DNA of 64,000 nt from an uncultured Arcobacteraceae bacterium (GTDB lineage Bacteria > Campylobacterota > Campylobacteria > Campylobacterales > Arcobacteraceae). The first letter of the stretch is position 1, and every line of letters begins with the position of its first letter. Below are positions 1 through 10,637 of this stretch, in pieces. A program made the position numbers and the translations under genes. The notes under the pieces are model-generated. The model did no database searches and was not told where the DNA came from. It worked only from the letters and a program-made list of their open reading frames with translations. The DNA lies in NCBI GenBank assembly GCA_964022095.1, contig CAXHZO010000002.1:1-64000 (forward strand), read 5' to 3'.

Positions 1-50
1 AAAAATAAAATAGATAAAATAGATAAAAATGCTAAAGTTTTAAACTGCAT
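1..50 (-). CDS. 5' end of an exported protein running off the window (possibly a TlpA/thioredoxin-like lipoprotein)
   Basis: ATG at 50 preceded by AGGA; reads MQFKTLAFLSILSILF, a signal-peptide-like start. Product guess is from Campylobacter synteny only. Confidence 0.55.
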   Translation of the reverse strand, partial: MQFKTLAFLSILSILF

Positions 51-111
51 TTTAATTCCTTTGGGTAAAATTATTTGTTGGGTAGGAATTTTACCCAAGT
101 GAGGCTTAAAT

Positions 112-645
112 ATGAAAAACGATCACAAAAGTGATTTTCGAGTATCATGTATTGAAAGATTAAAATTTTATAGCCGATTTTCAAAGTATTATAAAAATAA
201 AATTATTGTTAAAAATTTAAAAAAAATTATTGATGAAAACAGTGGCAAGAACGTGCTTCTTTATATCCCAATGGATATTGAAGTTGATGTTAATCCACTT
301 ATTAAACAGTTGCGAAAAAATAAAAATGTATATGTTCCATACATGCAAGGAGATAGTTTTAAGATAGTTAAATACAGGCTACCTTTAAAAACTAAAAGAT
401 TTGGGATAAAAGAACCAAATAACTCTTTTTGTAAACCTCATAAAATTGATATAGCTATCATTCCTGTTGTAGGAATTGATGAATTAGGAAAGCGTATTGG
501 TTTTGGAAAGGGAATGTATGATAGGTTCTTTGATAGACTAAAATACAGACCAACTATGGTTTTCACACAATTGATACTTTGTAAAAGTGACAAAATACTT
601 TCAAATGAATATGATATTCAAGCAGATTATATAATAACAACATAA
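112..645 (+). CDS. 5-formyltetrahydrofolate cyclo-ligase
   Basis: IIPVVGID...RIGFGKGMYDRF motif; directly upstream of rny. Confidence 0.92.
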   Translation: MKNDHKSDFRVSCIERLKFYSRFSKYYKNKIIVKNLKKIIDENSGKNVLLYIPMDIEVDVNPLIKQLRKNKNVYVPYMQGDSFKIVKYRLPLKTKRFGIKEPNNSFCKPHKIDIAIIPVVGIDELGKRIGFGKGMYDRFFDRLKYRPTMVFTQLILCKSDKILSNEYDIQADYIITT

Positions 646-654
646 GGTTTGGAT

Positions 655-2199
655 ATGGAATACGTTATAGTGGCAATACTTGCCGCAGTTTTAAGTGCTG
701 TGGTAACAATAGTTGTCGTAAAAAAATTAAATAAAGCAAAATTTCAAATATTTATTGAGCAGGCTAAAGCTAAAGCAAAAGTAATTGAACATGAAGCAGA
801 GGTAGCTTTAAAAGATGCTCAATTAAAAGCTAAAATTGAGTGTGACAAAGAGTTTAAAAATGCTAAAAAAGAGTATGAACATATGCTTTCTAAAATTGAG
901 AAGAAAGAAAGAGAGCTAAATGAACATCTTGAATCTGAATTAAAAGCTATCAAAAAAGAAAAAGATGAAATAGTTGAAAAAAATAAAAAAATTACGACTA
1001 TTAAAGATGGTTTAGAAACTCAAAAGAAAATCTATGAAAATAAAACAGTAGAAGCTATAAAAATACTTGAGAACTCATCAGGTTTAACATTAGGTGAAGC
1101 AAAAGATTTAATGATTAAAAAAGTTAAAGAAGATGCAAGAGCTGAAATCTCATCTATTTTTAGAAGAAAATTCAAATTAGCAGAACAAAATGCTAAAAAT
1201 GAAATCAATAATATGCTTTCAATGGCAGTTACTAGATATGCAGGTGAATTCGCAGCTGAGAGATTAATCAATAATATTCCTATTAATGATGAAGAAACAA
1301 AAGGTAAGATTATTGGTAAAGAGGGTAGAAATATCAAAGCTTTAGAGATGTTAATGGGAGTTGATATTATTATTGATGATACTCCAAATAATATCACTGT
1401 TTCTTCATTTAACTTATATAGAAGAGCAGTTGCTACTAAAACTATCAAAGAATTACTAGAAGATGGAAGAATTCAGCCTGCAAGAATTGAAGAAGTTTAC
1501 AAAAAAGTAAAAGCTGAATTTGATAGAAATATTTTAAAAGAGGGTGAAGATGTAGTTCTTGAATTAGGTATTAAATCTATGCATCCAGAACTAATGAAAC
1601 TAGTTGGTAGATTAAGATATAGAGCAAGTTATGGACAAAATGCCTTAGCTCATACTTTAGAAGTAGCAAATTTAGCTGGATTATTAGCATCACAAATGGG
1701 TGGAGATGCGATTCTTGCTAGACGTGCTGGACTTTTACATGATATTGGAAAAGCATTAACTCATGAAATGCCAGGAAGTCATGTGCACTTAGGTGCTGAG
1801 ATTTGTAGAAGATATGATGAATGTGATACTGTTATAAACGGAATTTATGCTCACCATGGTCATGAAGAACCTATAAATGTAGAATCAGCTTCAGTTTGTG
1901 CAGCAGATGCACTAAGTGCAGCAAGACCAGGTGCTAGAAGAGAAGTATTAGAAAGCTTCTTAAAAAGAGTGGAAGAGGTTGAAAATATTTCAACTAGTAA
2001 ACCAGGAGTTTTAAATGCATATGCAATTAATGCTGGACGAGAAGTAAGAGTAATAGTTCAAGCAGAACTTGTAAATGATGATGAATCTGTAATTTTGGCA
2101 ACTGAAATTGCAAAAGAGATTGAACAAAAAGTTCAATATCCAGGTGAAATTAAAGTAAATGTGATTAGAGAATTAAGGGCTGAATTTTACGCAAGATAA
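655..2199 (+). CDS. rny: Ribonuclease Y
   Basis: N-terminal TM helix, coiled coil, KH domain (KGKIIGKEGRNI), HD domain (LLHDIGK), DALSAARPGAR. ATG 655 fits the AAGG RBS better than TTG 649. Confidence 0.97.
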   Translation: MEYVIVAILAAVLSAVVTIVVVKKLNKAKFQIFIEQAKAKAKVIEHEAEVALKDAQLKAKIECDKEFKNAKKEYEHMLSKIEKKERELNEHLESELKAIKKEKDEIVEKNKKITTIKDGLETQKKIYENKTVEAIKILENSSGLTLGEAKDLMIKKVKEDARAEISSIFRRKFKLAEQNAKNEINNMLSMAVTRYAGEFAAERLINNIPINDEETKGKIIGKEGRNIKALEMLMGVDIIIDDTPNNITVSSFNLYRRAVATKTIKELLEDGRIQPARIEEVYKKVKAEFDRNILKEGEDVVLELGIKSMHPELMKLVGRLRYRASYGQNALAHTLEVANLAGLLASQMGGDAILARRAGLLHDIGKALTHEMPGSHVHLGAEICRRYDECDTVINGIYAHHGHEEPINVESASVCAADALSAARPGARREVLESFLKRVEEVENISTSKPGVLNAYAINAGREVRVIVQAELVNDDESVILATEIAKEIEQKVQYPGEIKVNVIRELRAEFYAR

Positions 2200-2215
2200 T
2201 ATAAAAAAGAGAACT

Positions 2216-2815
2216 ATGAAAACAATACCAAAACCAACAACTAAAATCATCGCAGGGAAATATAAAGGTAAGACATTAGAATTACCTTCATTAGAAGTTA
2301 CAAGAAGCTCAAAAGCTAGACTTAAAGAGTCTTTATTTAATGTTTTACAATTTGACATTATGGATAAAGTATTTATAGAAGCCTTTGCAGGAAGTGGTTC
2401 TATTGGTTTAGAAGCGGTAAGTAGAGGGGCTAAGAGATCTTATTTTATTGAATTAAATAAAAAGTCATATAATATTTTAATTCAAAATTGTAAATCTATT
2501 GATATGGATAAGTGTCAAACAATCCAAGGTGATACTTTTGTTCAAACTCCATTGGTTTTAGAGTTTTTAAAAAAATCTGCTGAAGAGTTGATTTTATATA
2601 TTGATCCACCATTTGACTATAGAGATGGAATGGAAAATATTTATGATTTATCTTTTGATATCGTTAGAAATATTGAAAATGAGAATATTTATCTAATAGT
2701 ATTTGAACATGTTTCAACTTTAGAAATGCCTGAAATTCTAGGTTCATTTTCACTGGATAGAACTAAGAAATTTGGTAAAAGTTCTCTTTCTTATTACACA
2801 TATACACAAGAGTAA
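2216..2815 (+). CDS. rsmD: 16S rRNA m2G966 methyltransferase
   Basis: IIAGKYKG, KESLFN, FAGSGSIGLEAVSRGA, DPPF. Confidence 0.93.
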   Translation: MKTIPKPTTKIIAGKYKGKTLELPSLEVTRSSKARLKESLFNVLQFDIMDKVFIEAFAGSGSIGLEAVSRGAKRSYFIELNKKSYNILIQNCKSIDMDKCQTIQGDTFVQTPLVLEFLKKSAEELILYIDPPFDYRDGMENIYDLSFDIVRNIENENIYLIVFEHVSTLEMPEILGSFSLDRTKKFGKSSLSYYTYTQE

Positions 2816-2820
2816 ATTTT

Positions 2821-3621
2821 ATGTTTAAATTCTCTTTATACTTTCTTCTTACAGTTATAGTAATGGTATTTGTTTTACCATTTATTTACACTGTTTCACC
2901 ATATGAACTAAATCCTTCAAAGATTTTGCAAGCTCCAAGTTTGGAACACATCTTTGGTACAGATAGATTAGGAAGAGATGTATTTGCAAGAGTTTTACTT
3001 GGTGGTCAAACATCACTTATTATTGGTTTTTTAGCAGCTGCTATTTCTTCAATAGTAGGACTTTTTATTGGAATAAATGCGGGATACTTCAAAGGTAATA
3101 TAGATAGAAGTATCACAATAATTATTGATTTATTTTTAACTTTCCCAACATTTTTTTTACTACTAGCTTTGGTTTCTTATATTCAAGCATCGGCTGTGAT
3201 TTTAATCATTGTGATTTCAATTACAGGTTGGATGGGAATGGCAAGAATGATAAGAAGTGAAAGTTTCGCAATATCAAATAGACCCTTCATAAAGATTCTA
3301 AGACTTGCAAATGTAAGTACATTTAAAATCATATTTAAATACTTTACACCCCTTTTAGCACCTATATTTTTAATTTCATTTACATTTGGAGTAGGTGGTT
3401 CTATTTTAGCTGAGTCTGGATTATCATTTTTAGGACTAGGAATTAATCCTCCTAATATGTCTTGGGGAAGTTTACTAAGTGATGGAAAAGCTGTTATTGA
3501 TATAGCTTGGTGGGTTAGTTTCTTCCCTGGTTTAATGATTTTTATAATTACATTTTGCTTAATGCAAATAAGTGATTTCTTACAAAGTAAAGCAAATCAA
3601 AAAGAGTTGCAACTTCAATAA
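2821..3621 (+). CDS. Peptide/nickel ABC transporter permease (DppC/OppC family)
   Basis: HIFGTDRLGRDVFAR, ESGLSFLGLG, SWG motifs; several TM segments; no partner subunits adjacent. Confidence 0.9.
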   Translation: MFKFSLYFLLTVIVMVFVLPFIYTVSPYELNPSKILQAPSLEHIFGTDRLGRDVFARVLLGGQTSLIIGFLAAAISSIVGLFIGINAGYFKGNIDRSITIIIDLFLTFPTFFLLLALVSYIQASAVILIIVISITGWMGMARMIRSESFAISNRPFIKILRLANVSTFKIIFKYFTPLLAPIFLISFTFGVGGSILAESGLSFLGLGINPPNMSWGSLLSDGKAVIDIAWWVSFFPGLMIFIITFCLMQISDFLQSKANQKELQLQ

Positions 3622-3625
3622 ACTA

Positions 3626-4447
3626 TTAAAGCTTTTTTAATAGTTTATCAAGTGCAGTTGTACTTAGAATTCTTTTTGCAAAGCCTAAAAGATATGTAGC
3701 TTTTGTAACGTAATATCTAGGCTTTGGTTTAGCTGTATTCATAATATCTAGTACTACATTTGCAACTGAACTTGCTGGTAGAGTAAAAGGAGTATTATCC
3801 TCTTTACTTTCTAATCTTGATTTTAATTGCTTTTTATAAGACTTTTCCCAAAAACTTCCCTCAATAGTAATATTCTCATTGAATTTTTTTAGAGCATTTT
3901 CTCTAAATTTTGAAGTTACGGGACCTGTGTTAATTGTAGAGATAAAAATATTTGTATTCATCACTTCTAATCTTAAAGTATCGTTTATACCCTCAATTGC
4001 ATATTTACTTGCATTATAAGCACCTCTAAATTTAAGTGAAATAATACCAAGTACTGATGAGTGTTGGATGATTTTTCCATACCCTTGTGCTCTAAATATT
4101 TTCATAGCTTGAATAGTAACTTCATGAAGTCCAAAGAAGTTTGTTTCAAACTGCTCTTTTAAAGTTTGTGTGCTTATATCTTCAACAGCTCCTGGTTGTC
4201 CATAACCAGCGTTATTAAAAACTGCATCTAATGTTTTATCTTCATTTAAAATTGTTTCAAAAGCCTTTGAAATATCTTCTTTATTTGTAACATCAAGTTT
4301 AAAGCTTATTAGTCCAAGTGATTTTAAATACTCTACATCTTTTTGCTCTCTTGCTGTTGCATAGACTTTTATATTATTGTTTTTAAGTAGTATTGCAGTT
4401 TCTAGTCCAATTCCAGTTGAACATCCAGTTATCAGTATATTTTGCAT
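3626..4447 (-). CDS. Short-chain dehydrogenase/reductase
   Basis: TGCSTGIG, NNAG, YNASK. Confidence 0.92.
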   Translation of the reverse strand: MQNILITGCSTGIGLETAILLKNNNIKVYATAREQKDVEYLKSLGLISFKLDVTNKEDISKAFETILNEDKTLDAVFNNAGYGQPGAVEDISTQTLKEQFETNFFGLHEVTIQAMKIFRAQGYGKIIQHSSVLGIISLKFRGAYNASKYAIEGINDTLRLEVMNTNIFISTINTGPVTSKFRENALKKFNENITIEGSFWEKSYKKQLKSRLESKEDNTPFTLPASSVANVVLDIMNTAKPKPRYYVTKATYLLGFAKRILSTTALDKLLKKL

Positions 4448-4517
4448 AATTTAACCTATATGTGTTTAATTTGTTGGTATTATAACGAAAAGATTTATTA
4501 TTAAAAAAAGGTATTTA

Positions 4518-5165
4518 ATGAAACCTCTATTAAATTTTATAATTTTAGCATTTTTGCTATTTTTTACAGCTTGTAGTTCAAAAAATGAAATAAATATAAA
4601 CGATAAGATGAAATCTGTGTCATTAGATAAATCAGTAGCAATTGCTAGTGTTCCTCCTACTGTTAAAAGTCCTGTTTCTATTGGTATTGGATTTGGTGGA
4701 TATATCTCAAGACATTTAGGTATCCATATGGGTACTAGTATTAGACCTGATATTTCAAATAGTGATGCTTTAAAATTAGAACGAGCTTTAAATTATAATA
4801 ATGTATCTTTATCAAATACTATTGCAAATGAGTTTGATAATTTGATGAGAGGTGATAGCTTTTATAAAGATAAGTATGTTCCTTTTGGAGCAAAATATAA
4901 AATTCATCTATATGTACCACAGTATTATTTAGATACGGCTACATTCTCTTCAAAAGCTATTGTTAAAGTAATAATTAATGCAAAGATTTATGATGAAAGT
5001 GATAGATTGATTTATGAAGATGTTCAAGAAAACGATTCTGTAGGTTCGTATTATGTTTATGATGAGAGTGAAATACTAAATTCAAAAGAAGTACTTCAAA
5101 AAGCAGTATCAAACTCTGTTAGAAACTGTATTGCTAAGATTATTATTCATATGAAAAAGAATTAA
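4518..5165 (+). CDS. Hypothetical lipoprotein
   Basis: Hydrophobic signal ending in lipobox FTAC. Confidence 0.75.
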   Translation: MKPLLNFIILAFLLFFTACSSKNEININDKMKSVSLDKSVAIASVPPTVKSPVSIGIGFGGYISRHLGIHMGTSIRPDISNSDALKLERALNYNNVSLSNTIANEFDNLMRGDSFYKDKYVPFGAKYKIHLYVPQYYLDTATFSSKAIVKVIINAKIYDESDRLIYEDVQENDSVGSYYVYDESEILNSKEVLQKAVSNSVRNCIAKIIIHMKKN

Positions 5166-5944
5166 TGACAAAAAAAGATTTAAAGATAAAAGAGCTTTTA
5201 GATTTAGAAGTATCTAGTAGAAATTCAAGCTTAGAACTTTCTTATGATAAGCCAGATCCATTATTGGTAGCTAGTAGATTTGATGATGAGTATAAAATAC
5301 TTTTATGTGCACTGTTTGGTTATGGAAAAGCATCATTAATTGTAAAGTTCTTAGATAGTTTAAATATGGATTTATTAACTCAAAGTGAAGATAGTATTGA
5401 AAAACAGTTAAATGGATTTTACTACAGGTTCCAAAATTCACAAGATGTTATAAAAATATTTCAAACTTTTAGAAATATGAAACAAGAGGTTTCTTTAAAT
5501 GAATTATTTAAAAATACTTATATAGAGCATAATTGTATATTAGAAGCTCTTGACTCAGTTATAAGAAAGATACACCAAATGGCTAATTATAAATCCCAAG
5601 GCTTTAAGTTCTTAGTCTCAAGTCCTTTTAAAAGAGATAAATTAGGAAATATTAAACTAGTAGGAAATGCTCCATATAAAAGATGGTTTATGTATCTTAG
5701 ATGGATGATAAGAAATGATGAACTTGATTTGGGATTATGGAGTGGAATTGATAAAAAAGATTTGATATTGCCACTTGATACTCATACTTTTAATGTATCA
5801 AAAACTATTGGATTGTTAGATAGAAAAACATATGACTTACAAAGTGCAGTTTTGATTACTCAAAAGTTAAGAGTGTTTGATGAGGTTGATCCTATAAAGT
5901 ATGATTTTGCTCTATATAGAATTGGTCAGGAAAAGATACTATAA
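5165..5944 (+). CDS. TIGR02757 family protein (HhH-GPD-like)
   Basis: PDP, KRWFMYLRWMIR, DLGLW, PLDTH, DPIKYDFAL. Confidence 0.9.
   Translation: MTKKDLKIKELLDLEVSSRNSSLELSYDKPDPLLVASRFDDEYKILLCALFGYGKASLIVKFLDSLNMDLLTQSEDSIEKQLNGFYYRFQNSQDVIKIFQTFRNMKQEVSLNELFKNTYIEHNCILEALDSVIRKIHQMANYKSQGFKFLVSSPFKRDKLGNIKLVGNAPYKRWFMYLRWMIRNDELDLGLWSGIDKKDLILPLDTHTFNVSKTIGLLDRKTYDLQSAVLITQKLRVFDEVDPIKYDFALYRIGQEKIL
5912..5938 (+). repeat. Left copy of duplicated gene 3' end (att-like junction)
   Basis: ctatatagaattggtcaggaaaagata encodes LYRIGQEKI; matches 14932-14958 at 21/27 nt. Confidence 0.8.
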
Positions 5945-6005
5945 TGCCTATAAATAGTTATTTTATTGAAATTATTATATTTATAAGTACATAGTTGGAG
6001 TCAAC

Positions 6006-6268
6006 TTGTTAAATAACGAAGAATTATTAATTAAACTAATGCAGTTACTTGATTTTGATATGAAAAATATAAAGCAAAAAATAAATTATTAACTGAAAAG
6101 TTAGAGGTACTAAACAATATGCAGGATGAACATAAACGTATGGATAGTTTATTAACAAGATTATCTGATTATTTAAATTGTGATGATACATTATTAGATA
6201 TTGAAAACAATGTTAAACAAGTTTTAGAAATAAAAGATAATAAAACTAGTAGAAAGAGTAAAGTATAA
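6006..6268 (+). pseudogene. Small helical protein gene (87 aa if repaired) frameshifted at or near an A6 run
   Basis: GGAG RBS, TTG 6006, stop 6090-6092; a second frame is open from ~6080 to TAA 6266-6268; one extra A at 6076-6081 joins them. Confidence 0.55.
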
Positions 6269-6337
6269 TTTTAATTAATTTTAACACTAAGCTGATATAC
6301 TACTAGATTCAAATAATAAGTATATTCAGGGATACAA

Positions 6338-9300
6338 ATGACTAATGAACATAAAATCGAAACAGATTTTATAAATAAACTAATCGATCTTAAATATTCA
6401 TATCGTCCAGATATTCGCAACAACCACTCACTTGAAAAAAACTTTAGAGAGAAGTTTGAAGAGTTAAACCAAGTAAATCTAAGTGATAATGAGTTTTCAA
6501 GATTACTTGAAAGTATTATAGATTCCGATGTATATACAGCTTCTAAAACTCTTAGAGAAAAAAACAGCTTTGAAAGAGAAGACGGTACGCCTTTATTTTA
6601 TACTCTAGTTAATACACAAGAGTGGTGTAAAAATAGCTTTGAAGTTATAAATCAGCTTCGTATGAATACAGATGAATCACATCATAGGTATGATGTTATT
6701 TTACTTATCAATGGTATCCCTATGGTACAAATAGAGCTTAAAACTTTAGATGTAAGCCCACGCCGTGCAATGGCTCAAATAATAGATTATAAAAATGATG
6801 CAGGAAATGGATACGCTAAAACACTTCTTTGTTTTATGCAACTCTTTATCGTAAGTAATCAAAACGATACTTGGTATTTTGCAAACAATAACAACACCCA
6901 TTTTAATTTTGATGCAGATGAGCGTTTTTTGCCATTTTATAGATATGCAGATCAGAAAAATAAAAAGATAACAAACCTTGATAAATTTACAAAAAGCTTT
7001 TTAAAAAAATGTACACTTGGTGATATGCTTAGTAAGTATATGGTTCTTGTAGCAGTAGAGCAAAAACTTCTAATGATGAGACCTTATCAAATCTATGCAG
7101 TTGAAGCCATAGTAGAAAGTATCCATCAAAACAGAGGCAATGGTTATATTTGGCATACTACAGGAAGCGGTAAAACTCTAACTTCTTTTAAAACTTCTAC
7201 TTTACTAAAAGATAATCCTGATATAGAAAAATGTCTGTTTGTCGTGGATAGAAAAGACTTAGATAGACAAACAAGAGAAGAGTTTAATAAGTTCCAAGAG
7301 GGATGTGTAGAAGAAAATACAAACACAAGTGAACTTGTAAAAAGACTACTTTCAACAGACTATGCAAATAAAGTGATAGTAACAACTATACAAAAACTAG
7401 GTCTGGCCCTTGATGATACTGCAAGAGATAATAAAAAAGGAAAGAAAAAAGAAAAAAGCTACAAAGAACAGCTAGAGCCTCTAAAAGATAAACGGATAGC
7501 TTTTATCTTTGATGAGTGTCATAGAAGCCAATTTGGAGATAACCATAAAGCTATAAAAGAGTTCTTCCCAAATGCACAACTTTTTGGTTTTACTGGTACT
7601 CCTATTTTTTCAAAGAACTCTACATACAAAGAGATAACTGGTGAAGAAAAAACTATAAAAACTACAGAGGCTATTTTTCAAAAAGAGCTACACGCTTATA
7701 CTATAACTCATGCCATAGATGATAGAAATGTATTAAGTTTTCATGTAGATTATTTTGAAGTAGATAATCAAGAGGCAAAAACAAAAGCTGGAAATATAAA
7801 ACAAAAAGCAGTAGTAGAAGCGATACTAGACAAACACAACACTGCTACAAACAACGGTAAGTTTAACGCCATATTAGCCTCAGCATCTATCAATGAAGCT
7901 ATAGAATACCATAGACTTTTCAAAGAAATCCAAAAAGAGAAACTAGAAGATAATCCTAACTACTATAGTTTAAATATAGCTTGTGTATTTTCTCCACCTG
8001 TACAAGTACTAGATAATGATAAAAATAAAAAAGACACTAAACAGATACAAGAAGACCTTATACAAGAAAAAGAAGACAATAAGAAAAATCCAGATGAGAA
8101 GAAAAAAGCATTAAATGAGATATTAAAAGATTACAATAAACAGTACGGTACAAACCACAATATAAATAACTTTGACCTCTACTATCAAGATGTCCAAAAA
8201 AGAATAAAAGATCAAAAATACCCAAACAAAGATTACGCTCATAAGCATAAGATAGATATAGTCATAGTAGTAGATATGCTTCTAACAGGCTTTGATTCTA
8301 AGTTTTTAAATACCCTTTATGTAGATAAAAACTTAAAATATCACGGACTTATCCAAGCCTTTTCAAGAACAAACAGAGTTTTAAACGATACTAAGCCTTA
8401 TGGAAATATCTTAGACTTTAGAGGACAACAAGACCAAGTGGATAGTGCTATCACACTATTTTCAGGAGAGCAAGACAAAGAGGCAGCCAAACTGATATGG
8501 CTTGTGGATTCTGCTCCTATAGTAATAGAGAAATATGAAGTAGCAGTAAAAGCAGTAGAGAAATTTATGCAATCACAAGGACTAGAAAGTACCCCAGAAG
8601 ATGTACTAAACCTAAAAGGGGATAATGCAAGAGGTGAGTTTATAAATCTTTTCAAAGATGTACAAAGACTAAAAACCCAACTAGACCAATACACAGATAT
8701 AAGCCAAGAAAATGAAAAAACAATAAAAAGCATAATGCCAATAGATACCCTAAGAGGCTTTAAAAGTGTCTATCTTGAAACAGCCAAAAAACTAAAAGCG
8801 ATGCAAGATAAAGGAGATGAAAACCTAGATGAAATAGTAGAGCAACTAGATTTTGAGTTTGTACTTTTTGCTTCTGCGGTTATTGACTATGATTATATTA
8901 TGTCTCTTATTGCTAAATATACAAGTCAAACAAAAACAACAAAAGAGAGTATGACAAAAGAGCAAATCATCTCACTAATAGATGCCGATGCTAAGTTTAT
9001 AGATGAAAGAGAAGATATAAAAGCGTATATCGATACCTTAGAGATGGGAAGCGGACTAAGTGAGGAGCAGATAAGAAAAGGATATGATGAGTTTAAAGCT
9101 AAAAAATCAGCTACTCAACTTGATAAATTAGCTCATAAGTATTCTATAGACTCTAAGGCTCTAAGTGAGTTTGTAGATATAACAATAGGTCGTATGATAC
9201 TTGATGGTGATATGCTTAGTGATCTTTTTATCCCTCTTGAACTTGGATGGAAAGAGAGAGGAAAAAAAGAGCTAGAACTTATGGAAGAGCTTATACCACT

Positions 9301-9355
9301 ACTTAAAAGAAAAGTAGGGGATAATGAAATATCGGGGTTAAGTGCTTATGAGTAA
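6338..9355 (+). CDS. hsdR: Type I restriction enzyme R subunit
   Basis: Nuclease motif D...QIELK, HTTGSGKT, DECHRSQ, FTGTP, MLLTGFD, QAFSRTNR. Confidence 0.97.
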   Translation: MTNEHKIETDFINKLIDLKYSYRPDIRNNHSLEKNFREKFEELNQVNLSDNEFSRLLESIIDSDVYTASKTLREKNSFEREDGTPLFYTLVNTQEWCKNSFEVINQLRMNTDESHHRYDVILLINGIPMVQIELKTLDVSPRRAMAQIIDYKNDAGNGYAKTLLCFMQLFIVSNQNDTWYFANNNNTHFNFDADERFLPFYRYADQKNKKITNLDKFTKSFLKKCTLGDMLSKYMVLVAVEQKLLMMRPYQIYAVEAIVESIHQNRGNGYIWHTTGSGKTLTSFKTSTLLKDNPDIEKCLFVVDRKDLDRQTREEFNKFQEGCVEENTNTSELVKRLLSTDYANKVIVTTIQKLGLALDDTARDNKKGKKKEKSYKEQLEPLKDKRIAFIFDECHRSQFGDNHKAIKEFFPNAQLFGFTGTPIFSKNSTYKEITGEEKTIKTTEAIFQKELHAYTITHAIDDRNVLSFHVDYFEVDNQEAKTKAGNIKQKAVVEAILDKHNTATNNGKFNAILASASINEAIEYHRLFKEIQKEKLEDNPNYYSLNIACVFSPPVQVLDNDKNKKDTKQIQEDLIQEKEDNKKNPDEKKKALNEILKDYNKQYGTNHNINNFDLYYQDVQKRIKDQKYPNKDYAHKHKIDIVIVVDMLLTGFDSKFLNTLYVDKNLKYHGLIQAFSRTNRVLNDTKPYGNILDFRGQQDQVDSAITLFSGEQDKEAAKLIWLVDSAPIVIEKYEVAVKAVEKFMQSQGLESTPEDVLNLKGDNARGEFINLFKDVQRLKTQLDQYTDISQENEKTIKSIMPIDTLRGFKSVYLETAKKLKAMQDKGDENLDEIVEQLDFEFVLFASAVIDYDYIMSLIAKYTSQTKTTKESMTKEQIISLIDADAKFIDEREDIKAYIDTLEMGSGLSEEQIRKGYDEFKAKKSATQLDKLAHKYSIDSKALSEFVDITIGRMILDGDMLSDLFIPLELGWKERGKKELELMEELIPLLKRKVGDNEISGLSAYE

Positions 9356-10637
9356 GAGTATTAAAAATATACCTGAAAGACGATTTCCTGAGTTCAAAGA
9401 AGAATGGAAAGAAGAGCCTTTTAATAAAGTATACACTTTAAAAGTGACAAATTCATTTTCAAGAGATAAACTAAATTATGAAAATGGTACAGTAAAAAAT
9501 ATACATTATGGGGATATACATACTAAATTTTCTACATTGTTTGATATAGAAAAAGAAAATGTTCCATATATTAATCCTTCAATATCATTAGAAAAAATAA
9601 AATTAGATAACTATTGTGTTGAAAGTGATATGATATTTGCAGATGCTTCAGAAGATTTAGATGGAGTTGGACAAAGTATCGAAATAGTTAATCTTAATAA
9701 TGAAAAACTTTTATCAGGATTACATACACTACAAGCTAGACAAAAAGAAAAAAAATTAATAACTGGATTTGGAGGTTATTTATTTCAATCTCCAAGTATT
9801 AAAGAAAGAATAAAAAAAGAGTCACAAGGTGCAAAAGTTCTAGGTATCTCTGGTGGAAGATTATCAAATATTGATATATATTATCCCCAAGATGAAGACG
9901 AACAAAAAAAAATAGCTGATTGTCTTACTTCTATTGATAACCTTATACTATCATCATCAAAAAAAGTTGAAGCGTTAAAAGAACATAAAAAAGGGCTAAT
10001 GCAACAACTTTTTCCAAAAGAGGGTGAAAGTGTACCTAATAAACGATTTCCTGAGTTTGTAGATAATGGAGATTGGTTAGAAAAAACACTTGATGATGTA
10101 GTTAATTATGAAAATGGTAAAGCACATGAAAATGATATTTTAGAAAGTGGTCAATATATTGTTGTTAATTCTAAATTTATTTCTACTCAGGGTGATGTGA
10201 AAAAATTTACAAATAAAGCTTTTTGTTTGGCAAATATTGATGATATTTTGATGGTTCTTAGTGATGTACCAAATGGCAGAGCTATTGCAAAATGTTTTTT
10301 TGTTGATAGTGATAATTTATATACTGTTAATCAGCGGATTTGTAGACTAAGTTCAAAAAAAGGTTATGTAAGTCAATTCCTTTTTTATATTATTAATAGA
10401 AATAAATACTTTTTATCATTTGATGATGGTATTAAACAAACAAATCTTAGAAAAATAGATGTATTAGATTGCCCTTTATTATTACCTCCAACAAAAGAAG
10501 AGCAAGAAAAAATATCTAATTTTATTTTTTCAATAGATAAATTAATAGATAACCAAACCAAAAAAGTAGAAGCATTAAAAGAACATAAAAAAGGGTTAAT
10601 GCAACAACTTTTCCCAAACAATGAGGTAGATAAATGA
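9348..10637 (+). CDS. hsdS: Type I R-M specificity subunit
   Basis: Two TRDs with repeated conserved regions (RFPEF; EQ.KI; KKVEALKEHKKGLMQQLFP twice); ATG 9348 overlaps the hsdR end. Confidence 0.96.
   Translation: MSKSIKNIPERRFPEFKEEWKEEPFNKVYTLKVTNSFSRDKLNYENGTVKNIHYGDIHTKFSTLFDIEKENVPYINPSISLEKIKLDNYCVESDMIFADASEDLDGVGQSIEIVNLNNEKLLSGLHTLQARQKEKKLITGFGGYLFQSPSIKERIKKESQGAKVLGISGGRLSNIDIYYPQDEDEQKKIADCLTSIDNLILSSSKKVEALKEHKKGLMQQLFPKEGESVPNKRFPEFVDNGDWLEKTLDDVVNYENGKAHENDILESGQYIVVNSKFISTQGDVKKFTNKAFCLANIDDILMVLSDVPNGRAIAKCFFVDSDNLYTVNQRICRLSSKKGYVSQFLFYIINRNKYFLSFDDGIKQTNLRKIDVLDCPLLLPPTKEEQEKISNFIFSIDKLIDNQTKKVEALKEHKKGLMQQLFPNNEVDK

Noticed and set aside
51-111. 6S RNA upstream of 5-formyl-THF cyclo-ligase
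   Set aside because: Only ~60 bp separate it from a divergent CDS, too short for a ~180-nt 6S RNA
9955-10617. Direct repeat within hsdS as a shufflon or invertible system
   Set aside because: Normal duplicated conserved regions of HsdS; no inverted repeats, silent TRDs or recombinase seen
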